Shown piece by piece: positions 63,620 through 64,000 of a DNA stretch of 64,000 nucleotides. Source of the stretch: the human T2T-CHM13v2.0 reference genome, Homo sapiens; the NCBI RefSeq assembly GCF_009914755.1, contig NC_060930.1; one strand, given 5' to 3'. The position numbers and the translations under genes are program-made. Under the pieces are notes generated by a model. It saw nothing but the letters and a program-made list of their open reading frames with translations, was not told the origin of the DNA and did no database searches. How positions within the stretch are numbered: position 1 is the stretch's first letter; each line of letters begins with the position of its first letter.

Positions 63620-64000
63620 ATGTATGGTATACATAAAATTGGGGTCATATTCTATATTTGTATTTTAAAATATTTTGTTTGAAAATATATAACAGATATT
63701 TTCTATGGTTTTTACATGATTTTAAATGAGCTGGTACTTTAATATATATAGATGTGTGTGTGTACATACATACATATATATTTATAATAATTTAGCCAAA
63801 CTCTTACTGTCGACATTTAATTTTAAAATTTACTTTACTACTAAAAATAATATTGCAGAGAACAACATTGTACATAATAATTTATGTGCATTTCTGATTT
63901 TTTCTTCACATATATTTTGGATGTGAAATTGTTGGGTCAAGAGTTATCAACACTTCAAGGGATTTTAATACATATTATAGAATTAGCGTTTCTGCATGTA
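63620..64000 (-). mobile_element. Ancient L1 (L1ME-like) fragment
   Basis: GTACATAATAATTTATGTGCATTTCTGATT..GTGAAATTGTTGGGTCAAGAG resembles an antisense L1ME 3' region. Confidence 0.55.

Overview
Primate (almost certainly human, 6q27) genomic DNA covering about 28 kb upstream of SMOC2 (SPARC-related modular calcium-binding protein 2), its CpG-island promoter, coding exon 1 (28495-28578, signal peptide MLLPQLCWLPLLAGLLPPVPAQKFSALT, GTAAGC donor) and the first ~35 kb of intron 1. Exon 2 (Kazal/follistatin-like domain) is not in the window. The rest is interspersed repeats (Alu, L1, L2, MIR, MaLR/ERVL LTRs, MER63A, MER85) plus many minisatellites and two-copy duplications. Almost all long ORFs in the track are artefacts of GC-rich, tandem-repeat or Alu/L1 sequence. 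I found no convincing new multi-gene system. The best leads are: (i) a ~250-bp inverted duplication (6051-6295 / 7475-7736) enclosing a TSD-flanked 34-nt U2 snRNA retrocopy; (ii) an in-frame 87-nt candidate cassette exon in intron 1 whose 5' splice site lies in a perfect hairpin; (iii) a CpG-rich VNTR with five TACGTG motifs followed by a first-exon-like segment; (iv) a tail-only retro-insertion and a templated 40-bp insertion at an L1 junction. Repeat subfamily names come from recalled consensus sequences, and boundaries without TSDs are approximate.
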